Part shown: positions 12,646 through 23,439 of the stretch, in pieces | How positions within the stretch are numbered: the stretch's first letter is position 1 | Layout of the letters: the number at the start of each line of letters is the position of its first letter | Source of the DNA: Oikopleura dioica | Taxonomy: Eukaryota; Animalia; Chordata | Length of the DNA: 64,000 nucleotides | NCBI GenBank assembly: GCA_907165135.1 | Contig: OU015566.1 | Coordinates: 5,022,001 to 5,086,000, forward strand | Direction: 5' to 3' | Notes under the pieces: generated by a model | What the model saw: the letters and a program-made list of their open reading frames with translations, nothing else | What the model was told of the DNA's origin: nothing | Database searches by the model: none | Program-made: the position numbers and the translations under genes

Positions 12646-14415
12646 TCATTTTTTTGGAGTGACACGATCGACCAGAGCCTCTGGAAAAATTCACAGTTAG
12701 GCGGCATTGCGCAATAATCAGAAACTTACCATTTTTAGCTTTGTCTAGAATTAGATCTTCGACTGGAATTTTTGTGACGAAAGCATCCCATGACCCGTTT
12801 ATTTCTCCAGCAAAAGTGATTTTAACAGTCACAAGACCGTGTTTTCCAGCTCGATCGTCGAACTTCATCGGAACACACCAGTTTTCATTTTGGAATTCGA
12901 AAAAATCAACACATCCTCCTATAGCCTTATTGTTAAACCTTCCGTTGTGCATCAAAAATTCAAATAAAAATCAATTGGAGACGTCCAAGGCGAACGCAAG
13001 TGTTCTTTGTTATCCAAATAAACAACTAGCTCCTTGATTTCATAACCCGGCTCATGCATTGTTGTTTTCGTTATTGAAGTGTCGTAGCCACATGTCGCGC
13101 GTCGAACATAACTCATTCCCGAGAATATGATCATGTAAGGAAGGGGACCAGAATTTAATGTTATAGTATATGTTTTGAGCCCGTGCGTTTGATTTATAAT
13201 GCTGAATCTTGGCGAGAAAAAAGGTATACGCGCTTGGCCCTTTATTCCAGTTGTAATGGGTAATTCTTTTTTACCAGGCGTGCAATACACAGATTCAAGC
13301 ATATGATCAGTAATATTGGGCTCTTCATGATCATGCTTGTCTTTTTTCTTGTAAAATATCGTATAATCCAACTTATCAGTTTCGTCTTTCATTGTCTGCG
13401 TTTTCAAGACTTTAATTGTCGTTGTATGTGGCTGCCAATATTTATATGATAGAACCCCTGTTTTTCCCTCAATTTGCTCTTTGTCGAAAAGTCCATGTGC
13501 ATCAGATTTGACATTCTCATTGACAGGTGTATAAAAACGGCCTTCTTTCAATTGTTTGACAACCATATCAGGATAATTAACAACTAACTCGGCGCACTTG
13601 CACTCTTCAACAATTCTACACACAGTTGTTTTCTCTTCTAGCTCTAAATCGTTTGAAAAAGAGTATTTGTCTGTGGTTAGTCTTTCGAAAATTGACGTCA
13701 ACATCCTACACTCTTGAAAAGCATTATGCTTGGCCAAAATTTTCGAAGCAAAGTTTTTCACCATTTCAAACTGCAAACGGGAACCAGCAGGGAGACACTT
13801 TGGCTGTCGGCACAATCCATGGTTTATGGGCGCTCGTACGGTGTAGACATTAAAAAGCTCATCGCAGGACACTTTTTCCCCTTCTGGAGTCAACGCAATA
13901 TCCTCCACAGCTTTCTTCCAATACTTGAGAGAGTACTGTTGGCGATTTTCCACAAGGCTTTTGCTCCCATTCTTTGTCAAAGTCGTTGCAAGTTTATCAG
14001 AATCAACATCACGTGAATCATAGGTTCCTTGAGGAAAGAGCTCGACTTCTTGCGCATCAGTCGAATAATTTAATTTTTTCATGTAATGGCTAACAAAAGT
14101 ATACTCGAGAAAATCGTACGAAGTATCTACATAAGTATCCAATATTTTTACTTTAAAAGCTTTCACCAATTTCGAGTGCCAATCGTTAACTGGTACATAA
14201 TTGGACTCGCAAATCAAAGTCGCAATAAACATAAATTTATCCAACTTTAGGGAATCTTTGTCCTCGGGAACCACGAATCGAACTTGGCCTCGAATCTCCT
14301 CATCCCCCAAGCGGTGTATTCGTTTATAATCCTTATAAGGATCATCTGAATTAGTAAATCCCTCAAGATATAGCAACCGTCCGTAAACATCATATTTAGA
14401 TCTCGAATAGGACAT
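12646..14415 (-). CDS. Major capsid protein (Polinton-type, presumed double jelly-roll)
   Basis: Motifs recalled from Polinton MCPs (NDWHSKLVK...YMKKLNYSTDAQEVELFPQGTYD; APINHGLCRQPKCLPAG; SGPLPYMIIF; GLVTVKITF...LILD). One extra base in run 12954-12958 joins ORF 12641-12955; intron 12681-12729 gives C-terminus EALVDRVTPKK*. Confidence 0.8.
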
Positions 14416-14623
14416 TCTTAATATTCAGAAAAATAATAATTTTAAAATTAGCATCTAATTATCGTTATTTTAAAGCAACCGTAAGATAAAAGTAAAATAA
14501 TTGTCGATGTTAAAACAAAAATAATAATAGCAACATAGCTCAAAGTTAGCTTGTTTTCCAGTATCCATAATCTGCAAGAATTGTCCTTAAATTGTCCCGA
14601 TAAATGCAAAAATTATTCCAGTC

Positions 14624-14908
14624 CTATACCTTTGAATTAAAAATAAGAGTCAATAAAATCTGATTTAAAAACTCCCACACAACTCGAAAAAATTTAAGCT
14701 TCAATTTTTTTTTCTTTTTCCGCCTTGTCGCGAGCATCTCTTGCCGAGTCTCATGAATACCGATACTCTCTTCGTCTTGCGTTCTTTCTTGTTCTTTTTC
14801 GATTTCCTCAAAACTCGTGGTCGAAATCTCCCGTTCTTCCATCTCTGGCGTCGATAAGGAGTCATTAGCTTTCAAGATATAAATGTTTATGCAATCTAAA
14901 AAATGCAT
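14624..14908 (-). CDS. Small element hypothetical protein (acidic, then basic, then hydrophobic segment)
   Basis: ORF between integrase and capsid genes; start and end unresolved. Confidence 0.35.
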   Translation of the reverse strand: MHFLDCINIYILKANDSLSTPEMEEREISTTSFEEIEKEQERTQDEESIGIHETRQEMLATRRKKKKKLKLKFFRVVWEFLNQILLTLIFNSKV

Positions 14909-14936
14909 TCAATTGAAACAAATTTTTAAACAAAAA

Positions 14937-16319
14937 TCAAAATTCAGAAAGAGCAGAAACTAAGTTAAGTTGATTTTCATAAAAACGGTCACGCAATTTT
15001 TTGCCAGTCAAATCAGCAAGTGTATAAGTAGGAACATAAGTGCCGAAATCAATATGAATAATTTGAAAGAGTTTTTTTGACCAATTTGGCGCGTAGCCTT
15101 TTTTTGCGAGCTTTTGCTTCAAATCGGCATCGATTGGAATACGAACAATATCCCCAAAATTGTATTTATTCTTTCGCTTTCTTATTTTCAGATTACGCTT
15201 CGCTTCCATCATATCAAACAAAAGTCGTGCATTTTTACGCGTCACATCATTAGGAGCCATTTCAATCGAGTTGTGTACTGTATTATTATAAGCTTTGACA
15301 ACTTCTTTTAATAAATGAATCCATCTCCGGCGGCCATTATAGGCGCTGAATATCATTCCAAATCGTGATTGTATAGTTCGTCTTTAAAAGTAAAAAATAA
15401 ATTAGCAATCAACAAAAACTTACATCACACGTTCTGCAAGTGAAGCCTTGTGTTGACCGCGCAGGCTTATCGGTTGAACATTGTACTTTTCAAGCATTGG
15501 CCAAATTTGAAATCCAAATTCTTGTCCACGATCCGTAAGAAAAAAGCAAGTACCTGGCAAATCAAGATGCATAAAAATATCTTCTAATTTATCGGAAACT
15601 TCTTTGGGTTTTTTCGTTAACAACGGTCTCGCAAAAAGTTGCTTAGATAATCCATCGACGACAAACAAAATATACTTGTAGTTATCATTTTGTTTAGCGT
15701 CATTAATATAAGAAACACAAAGATCAGCAAATAAATGTGTATACAAACCAGGTGCTATTATAGGATTACGAATAAATTTACGTTTGTAGGGTTTATGGCG
15801 TGATATAATATTATTTTTCTGTTTAAATTTTTTTAAATCAAGTGATGAAAACATTGAAGGACGCGAAGGATTGTAAAACAAATCAATGCCTTCATTAATT
15901 CCAGAAGTTTTCCATGTCGGAGATTGGCTCTCCTTCTCGATGTGTGTCGCTTTCTTTTTCTGACTCCCTTTTTCTGCGTTTTTTCTCGGAGTTTCGAAGA
16001 CAAGATCGTCTATTTCTCGAGGGCGTCGAACCAGCTCTTCCACCTCTGGCGGATTCGTTGTCAGATTCTGAGGACTCGTCGTCGGCGCTTGTGTCAGGAG
16101 TAAATCTGACTCTTCGCTTTCGAGTTGGTCGTTTACTGGATTTGTTTTTAACAATGGTGACTCTACCCCCTCGCTTTGGTTTGTTGCTAGTCTTGGAACT
16201 TCGCTGGCGCCAAAACTCTCTGGTTTTGAGTTGTTTTCTTCGAGTTCCTGCACTCGCGAAGGATCTAACTGGCTGATAGTCGGAGTCGTAATCATATTCT
16301 TCTTCAGTTGTGGGCTCAT
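14937..16319 (-). CDS. int: Retroviral-type (rve) DDE integrase of Polinton type; N-terminal limit uncertain
   Basis: FYNPSRP, LFADL, YILFVVDGLSK, TDRGQEF, KASLAERV|IRTIQSR (joined by intron 15382-15423), YNNTVHNSIEMAP, FGDIVRI...KGYAPNWS...FYENQL. Confidence 0.92.
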
Positions 16320-16941
16320 AATACTCTGAAGACTCAGAGCTCTCGGAATCGTAATAGTCCCGTTCTTGTTTTTCGCCTAGAAGGCTTGTTGCGTACAGAA
16401 GCCCGCCATTTTCTGTAATCAGAACTGGTGATAACAGACTTTGAGTTGTTTGCGGAGTGGCCCCCTTCGTCCCGATTCCTATCGAGTTGAGCTGATACGT
16501 GAGCTGATTTTGCCATTGATCCAAACTTGTGCTTTTTACGTTTTGTCTGTCTTGAAGGCTTATCGAACTCGGCTGATGTTTCGGCTGTGTCAGCGCTTCC
16601 GTCGTCTTCACTAAATTGTTGCTGCTGCTGCTGCTGCTGCTTGTTGGAATTAGACTCGACTTCTCCAATCTCTTCCGCAGGCTCTTCTGTCTCTTCAGGG
16701 CTTGATTCTTCTCCTTCTCCGCCGCTTGCAGGTGAGCGTCCACGACTGATAGGGATTTCCCTGTTGCATAAGGCTGAAATCTCCGAGGCGGAGCGCGTTT
16801 CCTTTTATCATAGTCTGGATAAGGTTCCTCTTTAGTTTTCGGCGCTTTAACTCTAACACGCATTGTTTCAGGATTAAATTCCCAAGAAGAAGATATATTA
16901 TCTAATTGAGAAAGAGTAAGATAACAACCACCATTTAACAT
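15895..16941 (-). CDS. Element hypothetical Arg/Ser-rich protein overlapping the integrase frame
   Basis: 348-aa ORF with an acidic YDSESSESSEYYE block and a basic RKRRVRF block; overlaps two other open frames. Confidence 0.45.
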   Translation of the reverse strand: MLNGGCYLTLSQLDNISSSWEFNPETMRVRVKAPKTKEEPYPDYDKRKRAPPRRFQPYATGKSLSVVDAHLQAAEKEKNQALKRQKSLRKRLEKSSLIPTSSSSSSSNNLVKTTEALTQPKHQPSSISLQDRQNVKSTSLDQWQNQLTYQLNSIGIGTKGATPQTTQSLLSPVLITENGGLLYATSLLGEKQERDYYDSESSESSEYYEPTTEEEYDYDSDYQPVRSFASAGTRRKQLKTREFWRQRSSKTSNKPKRGGRVTIVKNKSSKRPTRKRRVRFTPDTSADDESSESDNESARGGRAGSTPSRNRRSCLRNSEKKRRKRESEKESDTHREGEPISDMENFWN

Positions 16942-17231
16942 CTTAGAAATTTAAACTAAAGATTTTTAATAATACAATATTATTTCGATTAAAGTGTAAA
17001 CCTGTTACTTTTAGATAAACGCCGCAAGAGTGTCTCTGTTTCTCTATCAGTACTTGACTTTGACCATGCGATAAAGATTGTCTCACTTTAATACTAAAGC
17101 ACCCCATCTAGCGGCGTACTGACCTTGACTCAGCAGAATTACGGGATAAAAAGCAACACGATCAATCTTATTCCATCCATTTTATAAATATTGGACCAAA
17201 AAACATCTAGTTTTTTCGATTATCTGCAATT

Positions 17232-17648
17232 ATGTGCGCCAAGAGAACTGCTGAAACGATCAAGGAAGATGACTATCCGCGATTCAAAGTTCGTGCCGAC
17301 ATCAAAAGCTTTACAACTTACACTCAGCCGGACAAGAGCTTCTACTTGTGCCCAAAAGCTAGAGAAATAGCTCCATTGCCCGGAAGAAAACTCCCCGCAA
17401 TTGCCGACAAAGTAAAAAATAACTGGAGAATTCATCTCTCTTGCTCTGAAAAAATCCTCGATCTGAGCGACCCAGAACAAGTCAAATTCTTCGAAAGCAT
17501 TCCTGAAATTCTAGGAAACAACGCGAGCGTGGTTTTCTACATCAAGTATTGGAAGCCAAGCTCCGAAAACTCCAACCGACAGGACAATACCGCTCAAGAA
17601 ATTGAAGGAACCTTCTTCTTTGACGGAATCGCATGCACTCGCATCTAA
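17232..17648 (+). CDS. Element hypothetical protein (138 aa)
   Basis: Clean ATG-initiated ORF whose end overlaps the ATPase start by 16 nt. Confidence 0.65.
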   Translation: MCAKRTAETIKEDDYPRFKVRADIKSFTTYTQPDKSFYLCPKAREIAPLPGRKLPAIADKVKNNWRIHLSCSEKILDLSDPEQVKFFESIPEILGNNASVVFYIKYWKPSSENSNRQDNTAQEIEGTFFFDGIACTRI

Positions 17649-18364
17649 TCAGCTACGTCCCCGACCTTAGGTTTCAACATCCTTGTTCTCTACTACTTGC
17701 TGGCACCACTGGAAGTGGCAAATCTTTTTTTATCAAAAACTTGGTTGAAAAACAAGGCATCAATGGTAACATAAAAAACATCTATTACTGGATGCCAAAA
17801 ATGGAGCCCCTCGACATCATGCCAAGCCCCAATCAAGAATTATTTTTGATGGAAGGAATGCCAACACAATCATGGGTCGAAGACACCTTGAAGCCCGAAT
17901 CCGGTGACGTTTTGCTTATAATAGACGATCAATGGGCAAAATGCATCGAGTCGCCTGTTGTAGAATTCTTGTTAACCTTTGGTCGAAGACATTTACAAGT
18001 ATCACTTGTTTTTGTGTGTCAAAACTTTTACGAAAAATCGAAAAAGGCAATTACTTGCAGGTAAAATGAATCTTTAATGAACAAATTATCAATTTACTTT
18101 TTTAGAAATTGTATGACTGGGCTCATTGTCTTTGACAACTCAGTAGATGTATCGATCAACAAAACTATTTTCACAAAGATTGGAGAAGCAGCAGCCTACA
18201 AAGCCGCAATGGAATTATTTAAAGAAAGAAGAATAGTCTGTTATCGATATATTATTGCCCGTAGAGACATTAAATCTGTACATGAGCCACGAGTTTTTAC
18301 AAATCTGTTTGGCGAAATCAGAGGGTTAGGGAATTCCCCTTGGCTCTTTGATATGCCTCAATAA
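17633..18364 (+). CDS. Genome-packaging ATPase (A32/FtsK-like, Polinton type)
   Basis: DLRFQHPCSLLLAGTTGSGKS (Walker A), LLIIDD (Walker B), GRRHLQVSLVFVCQN. Intron 18061-18105 joins ITC|RNCMTGLIVFDN in frame. Confidence 0.92.
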
Positions 18365-18409
18365 ATTGCCTTTTTCTCAAATTTAAAGAATTTATTTATT
18401 TTAGAAATC

Positions 18410-18781
18410 ATGAGCAACGAAATTCTTCTTATTAAACACAACAAACAAGAACTCAAAGGAATAGCAAAAGAAATGATATCAGATTATGCCAACTTTGACA
18501 ATGCACTTCATATGCCCTCTGGAAGATGCTTTGCTCCAAAAAAAGGATTCTTCGACTATCCAAAAATAACTCAAGAAGGCTACAATTTAATTCAAATTCT
18601 CGACGACAACACTTGTGCTGATCCCTTTTGTCGAGTGAAAGCAGCATTCATCGTCGGCCTAGCAGCTCATAATTGCGACCAAAACATCTCAGACTACCCT
18701 CCAGAAATGCAACTTTTCAAAAGGTTCACAAATGTAAAGAAAAAGATTATAACTTCTGTTGCCTGTCAAACCGAAAACTAG
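18410..18781 (+). CDS. Element hypothetical protein (123 aa)
   Basis: Intact ORF starting 45 nt after the ATPase stop. Confidence 0.65.
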   Translation: MSNEILLIKHNKQELKGIAKEMISDYANFDNALHMPSGRCFAPKKGFFDYPKITQEGYNLIQILDDNTCADPFCRVKAAFIVGLAAHNCDQNISDYPPEMQLFKRFTNVKKKIITSVACQTEN

Positions 18782-18882
18782 CATAAATAAAAAACAACAA
18801 CAACAAATTGAAAGAAATAAATGAGTTTTATTTGAACAGCAAAAAGAAATATTTTGCAGGTTCAGTTGTCAAAAAACGCTTT

Positions 18883-19959
18883 TTACATCTGTACGACGTT
18901 GTCCTGTTCAGACACAGCGCTGTTAGCTTCGCCCCGATGGATTCTTGCGCGAAGAGCGGTGGTTGGCGACATTTCCCCCTCTGGCACAAAGTGTGGCACC
19001 GCGGCGGCAGTTCTGGTGGGACGGTAGCCGGGCGAGTTCTTGATACGCCGAAGCTCCCGCTGAGCCCAATCGGTAGCACCGGCGAAGTGGAATCGTTCGC
19101 CACTTCGGGTCCAGATCTTGAGGACGTAATCGCCCAGAGTCAGGTCGCGTCCCAACCCCTTGAACTTGTCTTCAAAGACCCTGTCGGCGTCGAATATTTG
19201 CGAGAACGCCAATTTTCGATCGGGCCAGTTCATGCTCTGATCTATCAGCCGATTTACATCGACAACTAAAAATAAAAATCAATTTTGAAGAGAAATGTCA
19301 AAACTTACAATAGAGATCAGACTCGGGTGCCGGCTCTTCTTCGCCTTCTTCTTGAGCAGAAGGGGCGGTGTCGGCGACAGCATCAGAAAGGTCCCGATTC
19401 TTGCACATTTTCATCCACTCGGGCAGACGTCCACGGCCAACTTCGGGCTCCTCTTCATTAGGAAGAGTTGCGTCGCCTTGAATCGAACCCTTGAGTTGTT
19501 GAAGCCACGTCACAACATGCTGGAGTTGATCCAATTGAGATTGCTTCTAAAAAATTTTTCTAGAATGTTCCAAATAAACATTTCGATTTTTCTTTATAAC
19601 TTAAAAACTAACGGTTAAAATTTTAAATAAATATGATCATTAAAAAGCAAATAAAAAAATAATCAAAACTAGCCGTTTACTTTTTTTGTTAATGAAAAAA
19701 AATTCTGTTACGAAATTTTGAATATCTCGTTTTAAAATATTTTAAAATCTAGCGGTTAGATTTTTATAAAAACAATGTTTTATTGTAGCTTTATTAAAAA
19801 CAAATAAAACTGACCGTTTAGATTTTCTCATTCCGACAAAAAATAATTTTTCAATTTTTAAAAATGTAAACGGTTAAATATATTCACTAACCCCTTATCT
19901 ATTAACATGACAAGTAATAAGAAAAAATAACCGTTCAAAATTTTTATACTCACCGACAT
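18883..19959 (-). CDS. Element hypothetical protein with ATG-TCG micro-exon
   Basis: ATGTCG|GTGAGT at 19959-19954. Intron 19547-19953 gives MS|KQSQLDQLQH; intron 19266-19308 gives DLY|FVDVNRLIDQSMNWPD, both in frame. Confidence 0.6.
19609..19936. repeat. Array of six imperfect palindromes, core AACGGTT-like, in alternating orientation
   Basis: Cores at 19609, 19671, 19750, 19812, 19868 and 19929, each flanked by an A-tract left and a T-tract right. Confidence 0.75.
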
Positions 19960-20079
19960 GGCTGGCTGGAAAAAAATGTTGTTTCACCGACTTGCGTTTT
20001 TTGACAACTGAAAATAATATAAAAAAAAGAAGAGCCGTAGAGGTCAGTTCTAGAAATATTATTGTTGTTGTTTTGAATT

Positions 20080-20952
20080 TTATTTAAACGATAACATGCG
20101 TCGAGTTTGATGTTTTGCAATGCAGTTCAAAGTTTGCTCAAGTTTCTGAGCTTTTGTCTTGATTCGAAAGATTTTCTTGAAAAATTTAATTGCTGATTTT
20201 TTTTGAATCTTTGAAATCATTTTCATATGGTACACGACTTGCCAAGAACCTTTAAACAGAACCTGCACCTGCTGCAGGTGTATGAAAAACGATTCATATC
20301 GAACACGATCTCCATCCGCTTTTCGACCGACTACACAACTACCCGTTATCCTCAAATAAATCTGAACATAAAAGACAAGTTTTTTGGGTTATAAAATGAG
20401 ATTATATTTTGTGATAACAGAGGGGAAACAGCTTATCGACGAAGTGATGGTTTATGAGTCTTTGCCCATGGGCCGGCACCTTTCATGACCATAGTTCGGC
20501 CTTTTCGTGTTCGAAAACTAACGCAGTAGTTGCCGTCATCGATGCACTTTCGCAAGAACCAGTACACTAGAGAAAAATGTTAATTTTTAGAAGAATTTTT
20601 TTTTAAAACTTACATTGAGCACGGCCCATGGGTCCCTTGCCGTCGAGATATGCAGGCTCAAAAAGAGCGTCCATAAGAGCAGCAGCCTTCTTCTTCTTTT
20701 TCTTTTGCCACCACCGATCTTGTTGACAAGCTTGCGAGCTCCTTTCGCAAGCTTTCCACGTGGAAATTCGGGCTCCTCGACCTCCATGTCTTGCTCTTCT
20801 TCTTGCCCAAGTTCTTGAAGAAGTAAATCCCGGAGAAATTCAGCTTCCTCAATCGCTCGATCGATGATCTCGACGTGGCGAGCCTTGGATCTCTAAAATA
20901 GACAATTACATTGCCCCTATTTGTAAAAACTTACAGTAAAAGGAGCAGACAT
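20080..20952 (-). CDS. Element hypothetical multi-exon protein
   Basis: MSAPFT|RSKARHVEII via intron 20893-20934; intron 20567-20613 gives GRAQ|LYWFLRKC. Needs one extra base in run 20697-20701; the 3' exon junction is uncertain. Confidence 0.5.
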
Positions 20953-21136
20953 CGAAAATTGAAATTCCGTGTATTGTTGTCGACAAAATTTCGAAACTGA
21001 AATAATTAAGTAAAAAAACTCAAAAATAAATTAACGTTCTAGAAACTTTTTTGATAACAAAAACACGGTTATTTAAAATTGCCACACTTTATTTTCAATA
21101 AAAAGAAGAACATCATAGGATAATATAGCAGTCACA

Positions 21137-21613
21137 TTATGATCCAATCGACTCAGGCTTGCTTTCATCAACAATAATTGGTGGGTACTCTCCATGATAT
21201 TCCTCGTCGCTTGAAAAAGAGTAATCATCAACCCACGATCCATCAGAATATTTTGCTGGGTAATGATCGTGCCCAATAATTCGTAGAACAGCCGGCCACT
21301 TGCTTCTATCTGGCAACTCTGTTTCAAGGTCAAACATCGCCTCGCAGAAAAATTCATGAAAGAATTCTTGCTGCCGACGACAAATTGGATTCTTACAATG
21401 TCCCTCACTTTCAAGACATTGCTTGAAATCGTATCCTTCTTGAGTTTCAAAATACGAAGTAAACTTCATCTCAATAAAATCAAGCTTCTGAGCAGCAACC
21501 AATAACTCATCCATCTCTCGTCTAATAAACCAATGCAATTTTCTTGTTTTCTTTTCTTTCAAAGGAGGATTATTGCTTGTAGTTTTCTCAGTATCTTGCA
21601 TTTTGGCAGACAT
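21137..21613 (-). CDS. Element hypothetical protein with CxNPIC motif
   Basis: ATG at 21613 (MSAKMQD...) within ORF 21137-21805. Confidence 0.6.
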   Translation of the reverse strand: MSAKMQDTEKTTSNNPPLKEKKTRKLHWFIRREMDELLVAAQKLDFIEMKFTSYFETQEGYDFKQCLESEGHCKNPICRRQQEFFHEFFCEAMFDLETELPDRSKWPAVLRIIGHDHYPAKYSDGSWVDDYSFSSDEEYHGEYPPIIVDESKPESIGS

Positions 21614-21769
21614 TTGTTTGAGTGAAATATATAGACCAAGACACGAAATCCAGACAAAGGTGTGAAAACCTGGTACTGATAACGCGCCGTCTCGATTCAA
21701 CAAGATGACGTGGCTCAAGACTTGAGCCTCAAGTCCAAAGCTATCAGTGTACAAATTAAAAGAATTTAA

Positions 21770-22176
21770 ATGGAGAGAAAATACCAAATTCTTGATCTCA
21801 ATCAACTTTATGATGAAGAAAAACGAATTGACATAAACAAGAGTAAGTTAGTGTATAATACTTTTGATATTTATTATTTTTAGTGTACTATCCAGAATGC
21901 TTTACCTTTAACCTGCTCCAAATACTCATCTGCCGAAACTGCTCCGATCCAATTTGCATGAAAAAAACAGAATTCCTCCGAGAAATGTATTTGGACATAG
22001 ACAACAACTTCCCAGATGATATCTACACGCATGCTGTTTTTCTTGATCCGCTAGAACAAGCCACAAATTACAAAGAAAAAGCCAATGAAATGGCCTTACC
22101 AAAAAGTTCTCTGGAAATCCAAATTCTGAATGAAACTGCTGATCAATCGTCTGACGAAACAAAAAAGAACCAATAG
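21770..22176 (+). CDS. Element hypothetical protein with CxDPIC motif
   Basis: MERKYQILD exon plus intron 21843-21883 plus ORF 21883-22176; needs one extra A in run 21819-21822. Confidence 0.5.
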
Positions 22177-22231
22177 AAACTATGTACTCTTATCAAAGTG
22201 CTTGACCGGGTCGTGTTCAGATTGAATCAAA

Positions 22232-22498
22232 ATGTTTATTGACGATACCGACAGCAAAATTGCAGCAGAGATCGAACAAATGATCAGAGAATCGGATAAA
22301 GCGACAATCGTTAAAAGTAAGTTTTTATTTATTTACAATAAAATAATTATTTTCCTTAGATAATGATGTCAACAGCGTTGAAAACATGGAAATATCGGTC
22401 AACAGAATAAACGATCAAATAAAACTTCTTGAGCTGCGAAAAGAGCGAATTCGATTCCGGCTAAAATGGGCTCGTCATATGAAACGTATTATTGATTG
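22232..22498 (+). CDS. Element hypothetical coiled-coil protein (3' end unresolved)
   Basis: MFIDDTDSKIAAEIE...IVK|NNDVNSVE in frame across intron 22317-22359; a further GTAAG donor follows near 22498. Confidence 0.55.
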
Positions 22499-23439
22499 TA
22501 AAGTATGACTCACTGTCTATTTTTCTGTAATAAACATTATATAACTTACCTACGTGACTATCTATGTGTCTGCAAAAAAGGCGCCAGTCTGCAATTTGAA
22601 TTTCCAGAGCCACATTCCTAAGCATCCAGCAGCCAATCAGAGAGCTTGAAAGTGCAAAAGAATACGGTCCTTATATTAACTACTAATAAAAATATAAAAT
22701 AAATCGACAAAATGAGTCAGTAGTTTAATTCTGACAATCGACACTCATTCTGAGAGGGGCGACTCAGTAAACTACGCGCCCACGTGACAAACGGGCTATT
22801 CCTAAAACAAAGAAGCGAGGAATATTCTAGAACACCTACGCCTATATAAACCAGTTGATTCTTCTGCAGCCAACTCGATTAGTTAGAGAAAATTTCAAAA
22901 AAAAAGTAGCTACAGTATTTTTCAATCAGGTAAACTGATGAAAATTATGATTTGACATTGAAAGCGTCATAAAAAATCAAACTTAAGATTTAATTAAAAT
23001 TATTATTATTTAAAATTCATAAAAAATTATTCCTGTCAATTATTTTTTTTTAATTAAACATGGGTTTATCCTTATTTTGATCCTCGACCGCCCTTGTAAG
23101 ATTTTAAATGAAAATGTTTTGCTTTGATAACAACAAAGAGAATCCGATTGTTTTGAATACTAATTTTTGTAAAGACTAAAGTAATAAAACAGGCCTTTTC
23201 AATTGTCTCTTTCTCTGAGCTGCTCAACTCCAGCAGAATCAATATTTAACGAGATCACGTAGTAAATTGAGGTGCTTCAGCTAAATTGCTCAGCGATCAT
23301 GTTTCGTTTTTTATCGCAAGTTTTGCAAAAATCCTTTAGAGAATTTCCTCATTTCCTGTTTTTAAGAGTGTTTAACGTCCCTTACATAGTTTCTCATCAC
23401 AAAAAAACGAGCTCTTTAAAAATTTATTCAGAGAAAAAC

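Larger units (their letters stand above)
1..22700. mobile_element. Polinton/Maverick (adintovirus-like) endogenous element; left end outside window, right end approximate
   Basis: Co-located pPolB, rve integrase, packaging ATPase and capsid-like ORFs plus tightly packed hypothetical genes. Host genes and host MITEs begin only after ~23.4 kb. No TIR could be confirmed. Confidence 0.9.

Noticed and set aside
22679-22684. ACTACT as the right terminus of the Polinton
   Set aside because: A single hexamer in AT-rich DNA; the matching left TIR and TSD are outside the window, so it cannot be supported.
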